A stretch of DNA of 64,000 bases from Octopus vulgaris. Taxonomy: Eukaryota. Below the pieces are notes generated by a model. That model saw nothing but the letters and a program-made list of their open reading frames with translations. It made no database searches and was not told the origin of the DNA. The position numbers and the translations under genes are program-made. The stretch is taken from the NCBI GenBank assembly GCA_951406725.2, contig OX597816.1, positions 1,798,001 through 1,862,000 of the forward strand. Reading direction: 5' to 3'. This document shows positions 37,180 through 53,418 of the stretch, piece by piece (position 1 is the stretch's first letter; each line of letters begins with the position of its first letter).

Positions 37180-38676
37180 GGAGTGAAATTTAGGATTTCT
37201 CAGTTTTCTGGGAATTGATTTTAATAAAACTTTTCCCAGCTGCTTTGCACCCCATGGCACCACCACTGTTATGGTTTCATTATTCTGTGTAATGTCCTTC
37301 CTTTTTTATTTTTTTTATTTCAGATTCTTCAGTTTCTGGGTGAACCATGCTAATAACTTTTGAATAAAAATAGCCCATCCAGGTTTTTTTTTCCCCCAGA
37401 AACTGAAGGGTAACGATACATATTAAGCATTCATTGAGTCTATATTTAATAGAAAACCATAATAATAGTATAACATTTATTGACATAATCAATTATTTAG
37501 CCACATGAGCGACAAGGAAGAAACTATCTGATTGTGAGATCTCCAAGACTGAGAGCTAGGGATTTAAAGAATATTGGCTACAAGTTATGTGGGAAACCTG
37601 GACAAACAAGCAAAGCTGTTTTCTCTGCCTCCAGACTTCCTCATGTACTGAAAACCACCTGTAATCGCATCCTCAGGACCATGGCTTCCTTGTGAGAACC
37701 CCTGAAATTACCTCCTTGCAGGAGTTTGAGGCTTTGATGGGCCCACAAGTACATGACGTCAGATAGGAGTTGTGATCTGTTCACTGATGAAACCAGGGCA
37801 AAACCATTGATGAAAGTGACAGTTGGGAAAAGGGTTAGGTCTCTTTTGGAGATGAGCGTCACCAACGTTTATGATGTCAACAACAGGGTGGAGGGATCAT
37901 GTTGTGGACTGGTATTATTGGGGACAGACTTGTTGGCCCAGTCAGGGTGCCTGAAAAGGTTAAAGTGACTGCAGCAGCCTGCTGCAATCTTCTGAAGGAG
38001 GTCTTGGATCTCTGGCTTGATGACATACCACTGTCACTTCTAAGGAATCTAGTATTCATGCATGACAACACTCCCTCCCACTCTGCCAGGACCACTCAAA
38101 CATTCCTAGGGTCTTACGGCATACAAGGTGAGAGGTTGATGGCGTGGCCATTAGCATCTTCAGATCTCAACCCTATTGAAAATCTTTGGTCCATCATAAA
38201 ACAAGATGTTTAGGATGAAGGATGCGAATTTATGCCGAAAGATGTCTTATGGGCGACCATCAAAACTGCAGCAGAGGCAATCCAACCTGCTACTGTTAAG
38301 AAATTGACAGATTCCATGACTAATAGGGTTTTTGAAGTTATCCATCGAAATGGCCCTCATGTGGCTAAATAATTCATTATGTCAATAAATGCAATAATAA
38401 CATTATGATTTTCTTTTAAATATAGACTCAATGTATGCTTAATATGTATCGTTATCCTTCAATTTTCTGGAAAAAAAGCCTGGATGGGCTATTTTCAATC
38501 AAAAGCTATTAGCGTGGTTCACCCAAAAACTGAAGAATCTAAAATAAAGAAGAAAGGACAATACTCAGAATAATGAAAGCTTAACAATGGTATTTGCCAT
38601 AGAGTGGAAACCAGCTGGGAAAAGTTTTATCAAAATTGATTTTAAAAAAACCCCAAGAAATCCTAAATTTCACTCC
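37180..38676 (+). mobile_element. Tc1-like DNA transposon with ~300-bp TIRs and a decayed transposase
   Basis: 37180-37489 is inverted relative to 38376-38676. Internal LFTDETRA and FMHDNTPSHSARTTQTFL...SSDLNPIENLWSIIKQDV (DDE motifs), with stops and frameshifts. Confidence 0.92.
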
Positions 38677-38859
38677 TTCGTCATCACCCCCCCACACACA
38701 CACAAAATCAATGTTTCTTTGTTTCCCATTTTCTGTGCAAAACCTGTGCAGCCATGGATAAGTATTAACTTGTTTGTAAACATAAGAGGATTAGTGGAAA
38801 GCAAGGGCTCTGCTTGTGCACGTTAAAGGCCATGATGACATTGTGTGCAGACAACAATT

Positions 38860-38995
38860 CCCACATGGCCATGAGCACTCAACACGGAAGCCTACCTCAA
38901 GTACCTGGAGGGGGATGTGCTGTCTTGGGTCAAGAGGGTGACTGCTAGAACACCCTATGTCTGGCAACAGGACTCTGCACCACACCACACAGTTG
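38860..38995 (+). mobile_element. Tc1/mariner-superfamily transposase fragment
   Basis: LNTEAYLKYLEGDVLSWVKRVTARTPYVWQQDSAPHHT contains the QQDSAPxH motif of the second catalytic Asp. Confidence 0.75.
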
Positions 38996-40379
38996 TCCTG
39001 TCTCTAAGTTGTCTTTCGGCCAACAAATTGTCCGTCTACGGATGAACTGTTGTGAGCTTATTGATTGTTTTCAATATGTTTTATTGAACAGATATTGATG
39101 TTGATTTCCATCTCAATTATGAATTTGAGCAACAACAGAGTAAGGTTTACGAATGAGAGGTCAGATATGAATTTTAGAAATTGAAAGAGAGAGATTTCAT
39201 AAAGCCTGGTTTCGCCTCTAAAATGCATTGGATTAAAATTAGATTTCTGCTGCGAAACTGTGCCTCAAATAATAAAATAAAGACATTATGGGAAAGTGTT
39301 ACTTTCTTTCCTAACTGGAATAAATATACAACTAGAGTGAAAAGTTTAAAATAAAAAAAAAATAAAAACTTTATAAACAGAGAGAAATATAATTTATACT
39401 TTAAGAAAATACTGCAAACCAAGAGCAATAACAGGTACAAGCTTATAATTTTAAAATTTAAAAACCAAAAAAATAAATAAAAAATGCCTTTTTAACTTCC
39501 AGAGAGCAAATTTAAAAACTGAAAGTTAACAAAACTAATTCTACATTTCAATCCAGATATAAAAACTGGAGATTGTCGATTTGTTTCTGTTGAAATTTAT
39601 AAAAGCAGGTTTTCTTTGCCAGAATAAAATGGAATAAAATCAAAAATCTTGGTGTATATAAAAGCCCAATTTCCCCTTTTTTTAACAGTGTCAGGAGTTT
39701 TGTTTCGTTTGTAAAAGTTCTCCACTGATCAACAACTTACAACAACCCAGTTAATAACAATACAATGGAATCACCAATTATGCTTCCTTTCCAGAAACGG
39801 TTCTCGCATCAAAAGCACCACCTACCCATCATTTAGTGGTGGTGGTGGTGGTGGTGGTGGTTATTAATTTGACTATTTTGGAATTAGGGAAAAAAAACGC
39901 CTCAAAGCAAAAAGGAAAAAAAAAAAATAATAATAATAATCTTTAATAAAAATAAATAAAAATGTAGGTGGGCGGTGGTGGGGAATGGGGAATTTCATCT
40001 GCTTCGTATAATTTAGCAGAGAATTTAAGATGTCAAGAGTGGAAACCTGTATGGGTTAATATGTGATGATTATAGTGAAAATAGGAAATGAAGCTGGGGA
40101 GGAGGAAGAAGAGGAAGAGAGAGAGAGAGAGAGTTATGTACACATGCACACATTTATATGCGTTATATGTTTCTAATTTTGTAACCCTTATTTGTGTTTT
40201 TTTCTTTTTAGTTCCATATAGAATTACATATGGAATAGAAAAGTAGGGGACGACAAAACATACATACATCGCTCTTCCTCTCTCTCTCTCTCTGTGTATG
40301 CATAAATACACACATTTATATACATACATTCAGGTTTTGAGTTCTATATTTTCCTGCATGTATCACCAGACCTATATTT

Positions 40380-44293
<3,914 letters not shown>

Positions 44294-44297
44294 TATA

Positions 44298-44355
<58 letters not shown>

Positions 44356-44434
44356 TACACACACACACATACACACATATATATATACACACACACACAC
44401 ATACACACATATATATATACACACACACACACAT

Positions 44435-44474
<40 letters not shown>
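44294..44474. repeat. (TA)n/(CA)n microsatellite at the 5' junction of the RTE
   Basis: Directly visible. Confidence 0.98.
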
Positions 44475-44476
<2 letters not shown>

Positions 44477-44879
44477 TAAAATCTCTTTGTGTTGAAGTAA
44501 GGTAAGTTGCACATTCAGTTGGGTCAATTTTTTTTCTGGCCCTCACCCCAGGACACTGTTTTACATGATAAAAGCTATGCTTAACTCAAAGTCAGTTAAG
44601 TTGAACATTCGCTTAACTCAAAATAAATTAGTGTCCCACCAATCTAATAATAATAATACTTTATAGTTACTCTTCTTGTCACATCAGATTTCTTTGCTAT
44701 TATAAATTCAGTAATTCTCTGTTATATACAAACCATTGAGTAATAAGGGTGTATTTTTGAGAATCACAAACAGAAGTTAGCAAACCTATTTATTTTGCAT
44801 TTACTGTTCCTGTGTATTTGAAAACACAAAGGAGTGTGAAAACATGATATTTATATGATTCTGAGAGGATTTACTGCAT

Positions 44880-45110
44880 TTACTGCAATGTGCCTGGTCA
44901 TCTGTCCCTCAAAATGCAACGGCAAATGGCTTCAAACAAGCTGGATTTCCCAACAATATTCAGGACACTACCGATGACACAAATGACAAAATATCATCAC
45001 TCGCAGAATTGTTTCAACGAGCAAGACAGGTAGGAGTCGATGACAACAACATCGCAGCAAAATCGATTACTGACGAAGCCATAATTAGACAATTAACCTA
45101 TCAAGTGTGT
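44880..45110 (+). mobile_element. pogo/Tigger-like transposase C-terminal remnant
   Basis: LQCAWSSVPQNATANGFKQAGFP ... TDEAIIRQL resembles the Tigger AWxxV...NCFKKAGF motif. Confidence 0.5.
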
Positions 45111-45628
45111 GGAAGTAGATGATGACTGTTTACCAAAATAAATAAAATTTACTCAGAATCAATGATGTAAGAAACCATATATCCACATGTCTTGGATCCT
45201 TTTGGATGGCAAGTAAAAGCTAATTAGTCACGAAACAAAATTGTGAAAGTAACTGAAACACGTGTGGTGTCGAGTGAGAGGTTTAAGTCAGAAAATGTAT
45301 TCAGTTGATGGCTTGGAATGACTAACAAATTCATAGCAGGTGTCAGTGAAGTTGGTAATTCCCTTGTAGGCTGTGGCAATAGAGTTACTTGCTGAACAAG
45401 TTGCCATGAGGCGGGAGAATGACGCTGGTCTGAAATCTATTGAACAGGCACCATTATAGCAATGGCAATAAGAAGTCGGCTAGGCAGGCATTGATAGAAC
45501 AACGGTGACCGCATGTGGTCTGTGGCCCTAAGCAGAAGAGAGATTCAGGCTCCTTGGTGTCCTAGATGTTGAGAGAGAGGGGAAGAGGAGCGCCCAAAAC
45601 ACTGGAATATGTAGGGGTCAGCTGCCAT

Positions 45629-45644
45629 GCCACCAGATGGCGTT
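45629..45644 (+). promoter_or_regulatory. CTCF-like motif
   Basis: gCCACCAGATGGCGtt matches the CTCF core. Weaker matches at 2210-2225 (-) and 8431-8446 (+). Motif match only. Confidence 0.3.
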
Positions 45645-46310
45645 TTCCAGCAAAGGGACAAAATACAGCTATTTTTGCCATGCTACATCCTCCTCCCCTG
45701 AGACCACAGTTGGTAACCTTTTAAAATTTGTAGCAGAGCAGAGCAATGGAACAAAAGGTGGAGGAGGGTGTAAAAATCTACTTTCTGTCATCGTTAAGAA
45801 GAAAAATATGTCCCAACAGTTGAGCAGAGAGAGTGATCTCTGGCAGCCAAAGGTACAAATCCTGGAGAGCAGGAATGCATGGATGCACCAGCAAAAGTTG
45901 CAATCAAAAATGCAGGAGCCAGAAATGGAAAGTGCAAATATATGCAGCAGCACCATAAAGGACAACACCGTTTGCAGGGTCTGATGCAAAAAACCCTGAG
46001 CCAAAAGCTGTGCATCACAGACCAATTGTGCAAAAAGGGGTGTTGGGTAGGACATCACAGCATTGGAAAACATGCAAATATGAGCAGAGGGGGAAAATAG
46101 AAAATGTACGAAAAAGCAATGAAAATGCAACAAGAAAACATGCAAACAAAGTGCAAAAGAAATTCATTGGATGTAGAAGCTGGAAATCAGGTATGCAACG
46201 TACTGGATCTGTATGGATGTAGGTAATGCAAAGCTGAGGCAGTGTGCAGGAGGTGCCAGCTGGTGCAAAGCTGAGGCAGTGTGCAGGACTGCAGAATATG
46301 CACCTATTCA

Positions 46311-46789
46311 TTTCTTTGTTTCACTCATTTGACTGCAGCCATGCTGGAGCACCACCTTTGGCCTAACAAATCAACCCCAGGACTTATTCTTTGTAAGCCT
46401 AGTACTTATTCTATCAGTCCCTTTTGCTGAACCACTAAGTTATAGGGATGTAAACACACCATCATTGGTTGTCAAGCGATGTTGGGGTGACAAACACACA
46501 CACACACAGACACACATATATCATCATCATCGTTTAACGTCTGTTTTCCGCGCTAGCATGGGTTGGATGGTTCGACCGGGGTCTGGGAAGCCAGGAGGCT
46601 GCACCAGGCTCCAGTCTGATCTGGCAATGTTTCTACGGCTGGATGCCCTTCCTAACGCCAACCACTCCGCGAGTGTAGTGGGTGCTTTTTACGTGCCACC
46701 TACACAGGTGCCAGGGTCTGGCATCGGCCATGATCGGTTGGTGCTTTTAACGTGCCACCGGCACTGAAGCCAGCCAAGGCGGCGCTGAG

Positions 46790-46821
<32 letters not shown>

Positions 46822-47272
46822 GCACATATTGATAAAAACGGTGAGATAACAAAAGAATGAAAGAGACCTCGATATTATGTAAATAGAGGAAATTATCTGT
46901 AAATGTAATATGTGACAATTATTTGTTAGTCATGATAAAACTCCAAGTTTCGGATGCCGAGGTAGAAATTTTTCATAGCATTGTTCCGATGGCCGGATAA
47001 CTGAAGAGATGGCGGCATGAATTTCCACCTCGGCATCCGAAACTTGGAGTTTTATCATGGCTACTGAATAATTGTCACATATTACATATATATATATATA
47101 TATATATATATAAACGATGGGCTTCTTTCAGTTTCTGCCAAATCCACTCACAAGGCTTTGGTCAGCACAAGGCTATATACTATAGTAGAAGACACTTGCT
47201 CAAAGTGCCATGCAGTGGGACTAAACCTGGAACTATGTGGTTGATAAGCAAGCTACTTACCACACAGCCATG
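46311..47272 (-). mobile_element. SINE family A copy split by nested insertions
   Basis: Tail half at 46311-46520 and head half at 47113-47272. An RTE tail (46521-46790) and a palindromic Penelope-like piece (~46830-47087) lie in its internal (TA)n. Confidence 0.85.
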
Positions 47273-48225
47273 CCATCCATATTTTAATTTTTAGGAATTA
47301 GAAAATCAGACAGGTATATCAAATACCATACAAGATAAATTATTAATTTATTAAAATTACCTCTGCCTCTAGAGAATGTATCATAATTAGTAATTAAGAT
47401 CGACTGCACGTGAGAAAGGGAGATAATGTCCCGATTCAAGGATTCTCCAAAGGACGGGTTTTATTGTCTGCAGATGAGAGGAGGAGAGTCACAGCCGTGG
47501 ACACACGTTTCTGCTTCAATGCCCCATCATCAGTATGACGATTGTCCTAATCGATCTCCTGTGGCCAAGGGACTTAGACACATAAGAAAAGGAGTAGGAC
47601 ACACTTATGGCCGAGGTTCCTTGCATAAATTAAAACAAAAATAACCAGTTTGCAGAGTTGTTTTAACTTTAAACATTTCACCCCAAAATATCCCAAACGA
47701 GAAAGAAATAATAGCAGTCAGTGCTTTTATTCATGGATGTAACAAATCAATGGAAATCTAAAAAATGTTTTCAGAGTCATTATTGTTATTATTATTATTA
47801 TTATTATTCAGAGAAAAAGATTGTATGAACAAAATAACGAACCTAATAGAGAGACCGTGTTAGAAAATCTAGGGTGCACAACAAGAGATGTGTGTTAAAT
47901 TGAGTTATTTTCTAAAGCAAACCAACCCAGCAATAACCTGGAAAATGAACAGATGTTATCATTTAGCTGCTACTTAGAAAATGAGAGAATGAAACTGAAG
48001 TCATTTATAGAAACTAGGGTGTGTGTGCGTGTGTGCATGATGGGGAGTTCTAAGTAGGACTGGTGGTGGTGTACATTTATTTCTACATGCTAGCATCATC
48101 ATCATCATCATTATCATTATTATTAATTACTATCATTGATAGTATTATTGTGCATTTACCTTCATTAAAAGTTACATCAGTCTTCATAAATTATTATTAT
48201 TATTCATAAATTATTATTATTATTA

Positions 48226-48900
48226 TGGTAACGAGCCGGCAGGATCATTAGCATGTTGGACAGAATGCTTAGCAACGTTTTTGCTTTAGCTCTATGTTCT
48301 GAGTTCAAATTCAGCTGAGGTTGACTTTGTCTTTCATCCTTTCAGGGTCAATAAAGTAAAGTACCAGTTGAGTCCTGAGGGTCAATGTAACTAGCCTAAC
48401 TCCTCCTCCAAAATTGCTGGCCTTGTGCTAAAATTTGAAATCATTATTATTATTATTATTATTAAAGCGGCAAGCTGGCAGAATCGTTAGCACACTGGAC
48501 AAAATGCTGAGCCGTATTTTGCCTGTCGCTGCATTCAGAGTTCAAATTCCGCCAAGGCTGACTTTGTCTTTCGTCCTTTTGGGGGGAGGGGGGGTCAATG
48601 AAATAAGTACCAGCCAAGTACTGGGGGTCAATGTAATTGACTAGTCCCCCCCTCCCCTTGTGCCTATAGTAGAAAGGATTAGCATCATCATTCTCAAGGT
48701 GGTGAGCAGACAGAATTGTTCGTATATCACATGAAATACTAGTGGCAGTCTTCTGGCTTATTCTGAGTTCAAATCCTGCTGAGGTTAACTTTGCCTTTCA
48801 TCCTTGAAAGGTCGATAAAAATACCAGTCAAATACTAGGGTTAATGTATGCAATTTGCCCCTCTTTTCAAAACTGCTGGCCTTGTGCCAAAATTAGAAAA
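48226..48900 (+). mobile_element. Three tandem SINE family B copies
   Basis: Three heads (gagccggcaggatc, aagctggcagaatc, gagcagacagaatt), each followed by gagttcaaat. The first two are preceded by (TTA)n. Confidence 0.8.
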
Positions 48901-49799
48901 ACTTACTTTTGAATCTTTGCCTGTTCTTGGAGAAAATAGTTCAACAGATGAATAGTCCACCACGACCACCACCACTCAACAGTGAAATTGGTATGGAATC
49001 TATTATTGGTCAGTTAAGAATTACTAAGAGACAAGTTAAAGCAGAGTGAATCATCTCACCTCCTGATTTACATCCTGACAACTCTACGAAATTATGATGC
49101 CATGACAACAGGATCAGTGACCACATATGAAGCTTTACAACGGCACATGAAAATAATACAGAAAAGAGCTGAGGGGGGCAGTGATATAAATATAGGGGGC
49201 TCATGGCTTTATGTAGTAAATTCTTTTGTAAGTTCATTTATAGCTTAAAGCATGGCTGTGTGGTCAAGCAGTTTGCTTCCCAACCACAAGGTTTCAGGGT
49301 CAGTTCTAGTGTTTGACACTTTGGACAAGCATCTTCTACTACAGCTCTGAGCTGACCAACCAAAGCCTTGACTGTAGATTTAGTAAACAGAAACGAAAAG
49401 AAGTTCATCATACATATTCACGCACACACACACACACACACCATCATCATCATCACTGTCATCTGTTTTCCATGCTGGCATGAGTTGGACGGTTTGACCG
49501 GGGACTGGCGAGCCAGAAGGCTGCACCAGGCTCCAATCTGATCTGGCGAGGTTTCTATAGCTGGATGCCCTTCCTAATGACAACCACTCCGAGAGTGTAG
49601 TGGGTGCTTTTTACGTGCCACTGGCATTGACCATGCTTGAATAGTGCTTTTTTCATGCTAGTCGGGCAGCAGTGGCATTGGTCATGCTCAAATGGTGCTC
49701 TTTACGCGCCACATACACCCTAGACTTGACGTGTTGGTTGTCAACGAGAGTCACCGTCATACAAGCCATGTTCATTTCCAGTCTTCTATGGAAACATGT

Positions 49800-50018
49800 C
49801 TAACCCTTTAGCATTCAAACTGGCCAAATCCGACTCGAAATGTTGTTCTCCCTGTTTTATGTTCACACTGACTAGATCTGGCCTCTTACATCTACCCAAC
49901 AATGTCATTCAAATCATAAACAATCACATCATAGAAATCTCAAAGCCACAAGACAATGCATGATTAATACAAAATAACGCGAATGAATATTTGAGAGAGT
50001 AATCTGAATGCTAAAGGG
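49800..50018. mobile_element. piggyBac-like MITE
   Basis: Ends taaccctttagcattca / tgaatgctaaaggg. Related copies at ~53445-53660 and ~57703-57920. A second TTAACCCTT-ended family occurs at ~58277-58840 and ~61692. Confidence 0.6.
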
Positions 50019-50155
50019 GAAAGATCACCTTACTTGGAAACAGGTGATGGTTGGTGACAGAGAGGGCATCCAGCTGTACAAAATCTACCTCATCAAATTC
50101 TGCCTGACCCACACAAGCATGGAAAAGTGGGCATTAAATGATGGTTCTAAAAATG

Positions 50156-50192
<37 letters not shown>

Positions 50193-51799
50193 GTGTGTGG
50201 AGGGGAACATAATTTTGTTATGAAGATTCTTCAGAATCAAGATGCACCAATTCATAGGATGTTAGAAATGGCTAAATATGTCAAAAACAGAGCTCACAGT
50301 AGTGAAACAAATAACACTAAAGATATTCAGTGTTGGTAGGATACAGTTTGTGTGTGTGTGCGTGTGTGTGTGCATGCATGTGTGTGTGTGTATGTGCACG
50401 CGTGCATGTGTACACACACACATCTCTCTAGTGCAAAGAAGTTTTATTGCAAAAACTCATTGGACAAGAGATATCAATGGCAACAAAAGCCCAATTCCCA
50501 AGACTGAATCAATGATATCCTTTAAGTTTATTTTGTGAACCAAATTAAGAAAGGAAAATATACATTCTATTAACATGCTGCTCTCTATTCTTACAGAATG
50601 TTCCATATTGACTAGAAAATGTTCCATCATTAGTATTTGTGTGATTAGTCTGATTAAACATTTACAATAAGTCAGTTTGATTGATATACAACTAATCAAT
50701 CGAGAGAACAATTATAAATGCAGTGATTTATTTAAAAATTTTTTTACTTAAATTACAAAATGAGTTTGTTTTCATTTTGTTTTTATTTTCTGACAGAATA
50801 GTTTTTTTTATGTTTTACAAATTCTAAACTTTGGTTATTAAGTAACAGGTATTTTCTTTTTCATAGCTAAGCCTAATTACTGCCTAATTAAGCATGAAAT
50901 GGAGGGAAAGGATTATGATATACACAAGTAATTAAAACTGAAGTAAAAAATGTACCTGGGTATAATTAGCTGACTTATTTACATAATCTACATCAAAATA
51001 TAGATGGACAACTACAGATTAAATTAAGTGTACTGTCACTTATCACCCCCCCTTCAGTTTTTCCTCTTGCCTTCTCCCCCATCATTCATTCAGCATTAAT
51101 CACACCTCCTGTTATTCATGACATTAACCTCTACCTCCATCTCTCACATATGAAGTCATCTACCTACGCCCCACTCCCATCTTTGAGAAGAAAATCCTTA
51201 TTTTCTTTCCAGCTACTCCCACCCACTCTTATATAATACTAGCCAGCCATTTACCTTTCCCATAGCAGGGCCCCTGTGCTTGTTCCCCTCTTACACCTCA
51301 GCTGCTTACCCCTTTAGCATAAAGCCCTCTCTCCCACTAAAACATCATTCAGTTGAGGGAGGATTCCTTTGCAAGTTACTTGGCCACCTCACTGGTGGTG
51401 GTGTCATGAAAAAAAAGGCACCCAGTACCCTCTGTAGAGGGGTTGATATTAGAAAGGGCTTCCAACTGAAGACACCATGCCAAAGCAGACATTAGCACTC
51501 AAGACTGTCTTGTTGGGTCCTGTCAAACCATCCAACCCACGCCAGCAAGCGAGACAGACATTAAATGGTAGTAATGAGAACTTTTTAAAAAAGATTTACA
51601 ACTCGTTATTAAAAAAAAAAGAAACAAAAGACCCAAAGTGGTACAATTTAAGACAAGATGTACAGGATGGAAGTTGACACCTGCTTCCAATCTCATTAGC
51701 CTCTAGTTGCAGGTAGGGGTAGGACAGATCCAGCAGTACAGGATTTTCTCCACATCTAGTCTGACTTCTTTAATAATAACAACCACCACCACCACCACC

Positions 51800-52246
51800 A
51801 CAGATTTGCTTGTCAGTTGTTTGACCTTAACCAGTTGAGCATGTCTCTTAGTGGCTGACAATATGTGCATCCCTGATCACAAGCAGAAGTAGTGGGGGCG
51901 CATCATAGCTGTGTGTCGAGAGGGATTCTTTGGGGTTTGAATAATTCGCCTCTGGAAACATAGGTGTTTCATTCAACATCCTTAAGCGACCCTTATTCAG
52001 GGACCTTTTGAGCGGGATGGGCTACTCGACTAGAAGAAAATTCTAACTGGGCCCCACCTGCAAGGTCATGTGCTGTTTATCTTGATATGAGATAACCATG
52101 TCGAGCACATATGGTTGTGATGCATGTGCCTGGTGTACCCTTATCAGATGGGTAGTCATGATGGGTATACTGGGCTTCGTATAATTGTACTCCAGTGTCA
52201 CTTTGATGGCATGCACTGCTCTCTCACTCAATAATAATAATAATAA
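51800..52246 (+). mobile_element. Dispersed repeat with (TAA)n tail (partner of 7140-7610)
   Basis: Colinear with the reverse complement of the 7.1-7.6 kb segment. Confidence 0.65.
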
Positions 52247-53024
52247 CAAATCTATGAGAAGCCACCTTCTTTCTAAAGCCTGCATACCTTCTACGTATCT
52301 CTGATTCTCTCCTTCTCTCTTCCCAGATATCCTTGATAGCTTTTTCACTTCTAACCCAACCCCTGAACAACAATCACAATCTTTGCTCCTATTGGGCTGT
52401 CTGACCAATGGTTTAATAGGACTATCCACCCTACAACCAGGTACTATAGCACTTTGAGTCAGCTGACTGGTCAGTGCTCCACCAGTTCTAAGTTAATAAT
52501 CCCCGAAGGTATGTGTGCTCCACTCCTGAACTTATCCAGAACAGCTCAGTGGGTAACAGAAACTATATTGCTGGGTATGTTCCTAATATTGTTGCTGGAT
52601 GCCCTTCCTAACGCCAACCACTCCGTGAGTGTAGTAAAAAGCACCCACTACACTCACAGAGTGGTTGGCATTAGGAAGGGCATCCAGCCGTAGAAACACT
52701 GCCAAATCTGACTGGGCCTGATGAAGCCTTCCGGCTTCACAGACCCCAGTTAAACCGTCCAACCCATGCTAGCATGGAAAACAGACGCTAAATGATGATG
52801 ATGATGATGATGACACAACTCAAAGTCTATTTCGTGGTCCACTTCTAGCTGAGCTGCAGCTGTTCAGGAAAAGAAATGGAGAGCTTGAATTGTTTTTGAT
52901 TCTCAGAGTAAATAAATATATTGAGTTCCATCAAACATGAAAAAGAATTGTTTTTCTGCTTTTGTTTACTATTAGAAAACTGAGGAGCTTGTTTGGATGG
53001 GATTCTTTTTTTTTTTTTACTTGT

Positions 53025-53418
53025 TTCAGTCATTTGACTGCAGCCATGCTGGAGCACCGCCTTTAATCGAGCAACTCGACCCCGGGACTTATTCTTTTGT
53101 AAGCCCAGTACTTATTTTATCGGTCTCTTTTACCGAACCGCTAAGTAACGGGGACATAAACACACCAGCATCGGTTGTCAAGCAATGCTAGGGGGACAAA
53201 TACAGACACACAAACACACACACACACACACACACGCATATATATACATATATACGATGGGCTTCTTTCAGTTTTTGTCTACCAAATCCACTCACAAGGC
53301 TTTGGTCGGCCCGAGGCTATAGTAGAAGACACTTGCCCAAGGTGCCACGCAGTGGGACTGAACCCGGAACCATGTGGTTGGTAAACAAGCTACTTACCAC
53401 ACAGCCACTCCTGCGCCT
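53025..53418 (-). mobile_element. Full-length tRNA-derived SINE family A (CORE-like; comparable to octopus OK/OR1/OR2-type SINEs)
   Basis: On -: ggcgcaggagTGGCTGTGTGG (A box) ... GGTTCAGTCCC (B box), then ccttgggcaagtgtctt, an internal (TA)n(TG)n and an A-rich tail. Many decayed copies in the window. The family name is not verified. Confidence 0.85.

Noticed and set aside
39085-39156. Plus-strand mini-frame DIDVDFHLNYEFEQQQSKVYE* after an AG
   Set aside because: Weak acceptor, no partner exons and no recognisable homology.
45637-46311. Cluster of 70-158-aa ORFs
   Set aside because: Low-complexity (tgca-rich) sequence next to a Tigger-like remnant; no splice pattern or protein motif.
47480-47545. 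CTGATGA...GAAAC on the minus strand as a hammerhead
   Set aside because: Stem I cannot form and stem II is only 2 bp.
53340-53418. tRNA gene
   Set aside because: A/B boxes are present, but the sequence continues into the SINE body and no full cloverleaf is evident; it is a SINE head.
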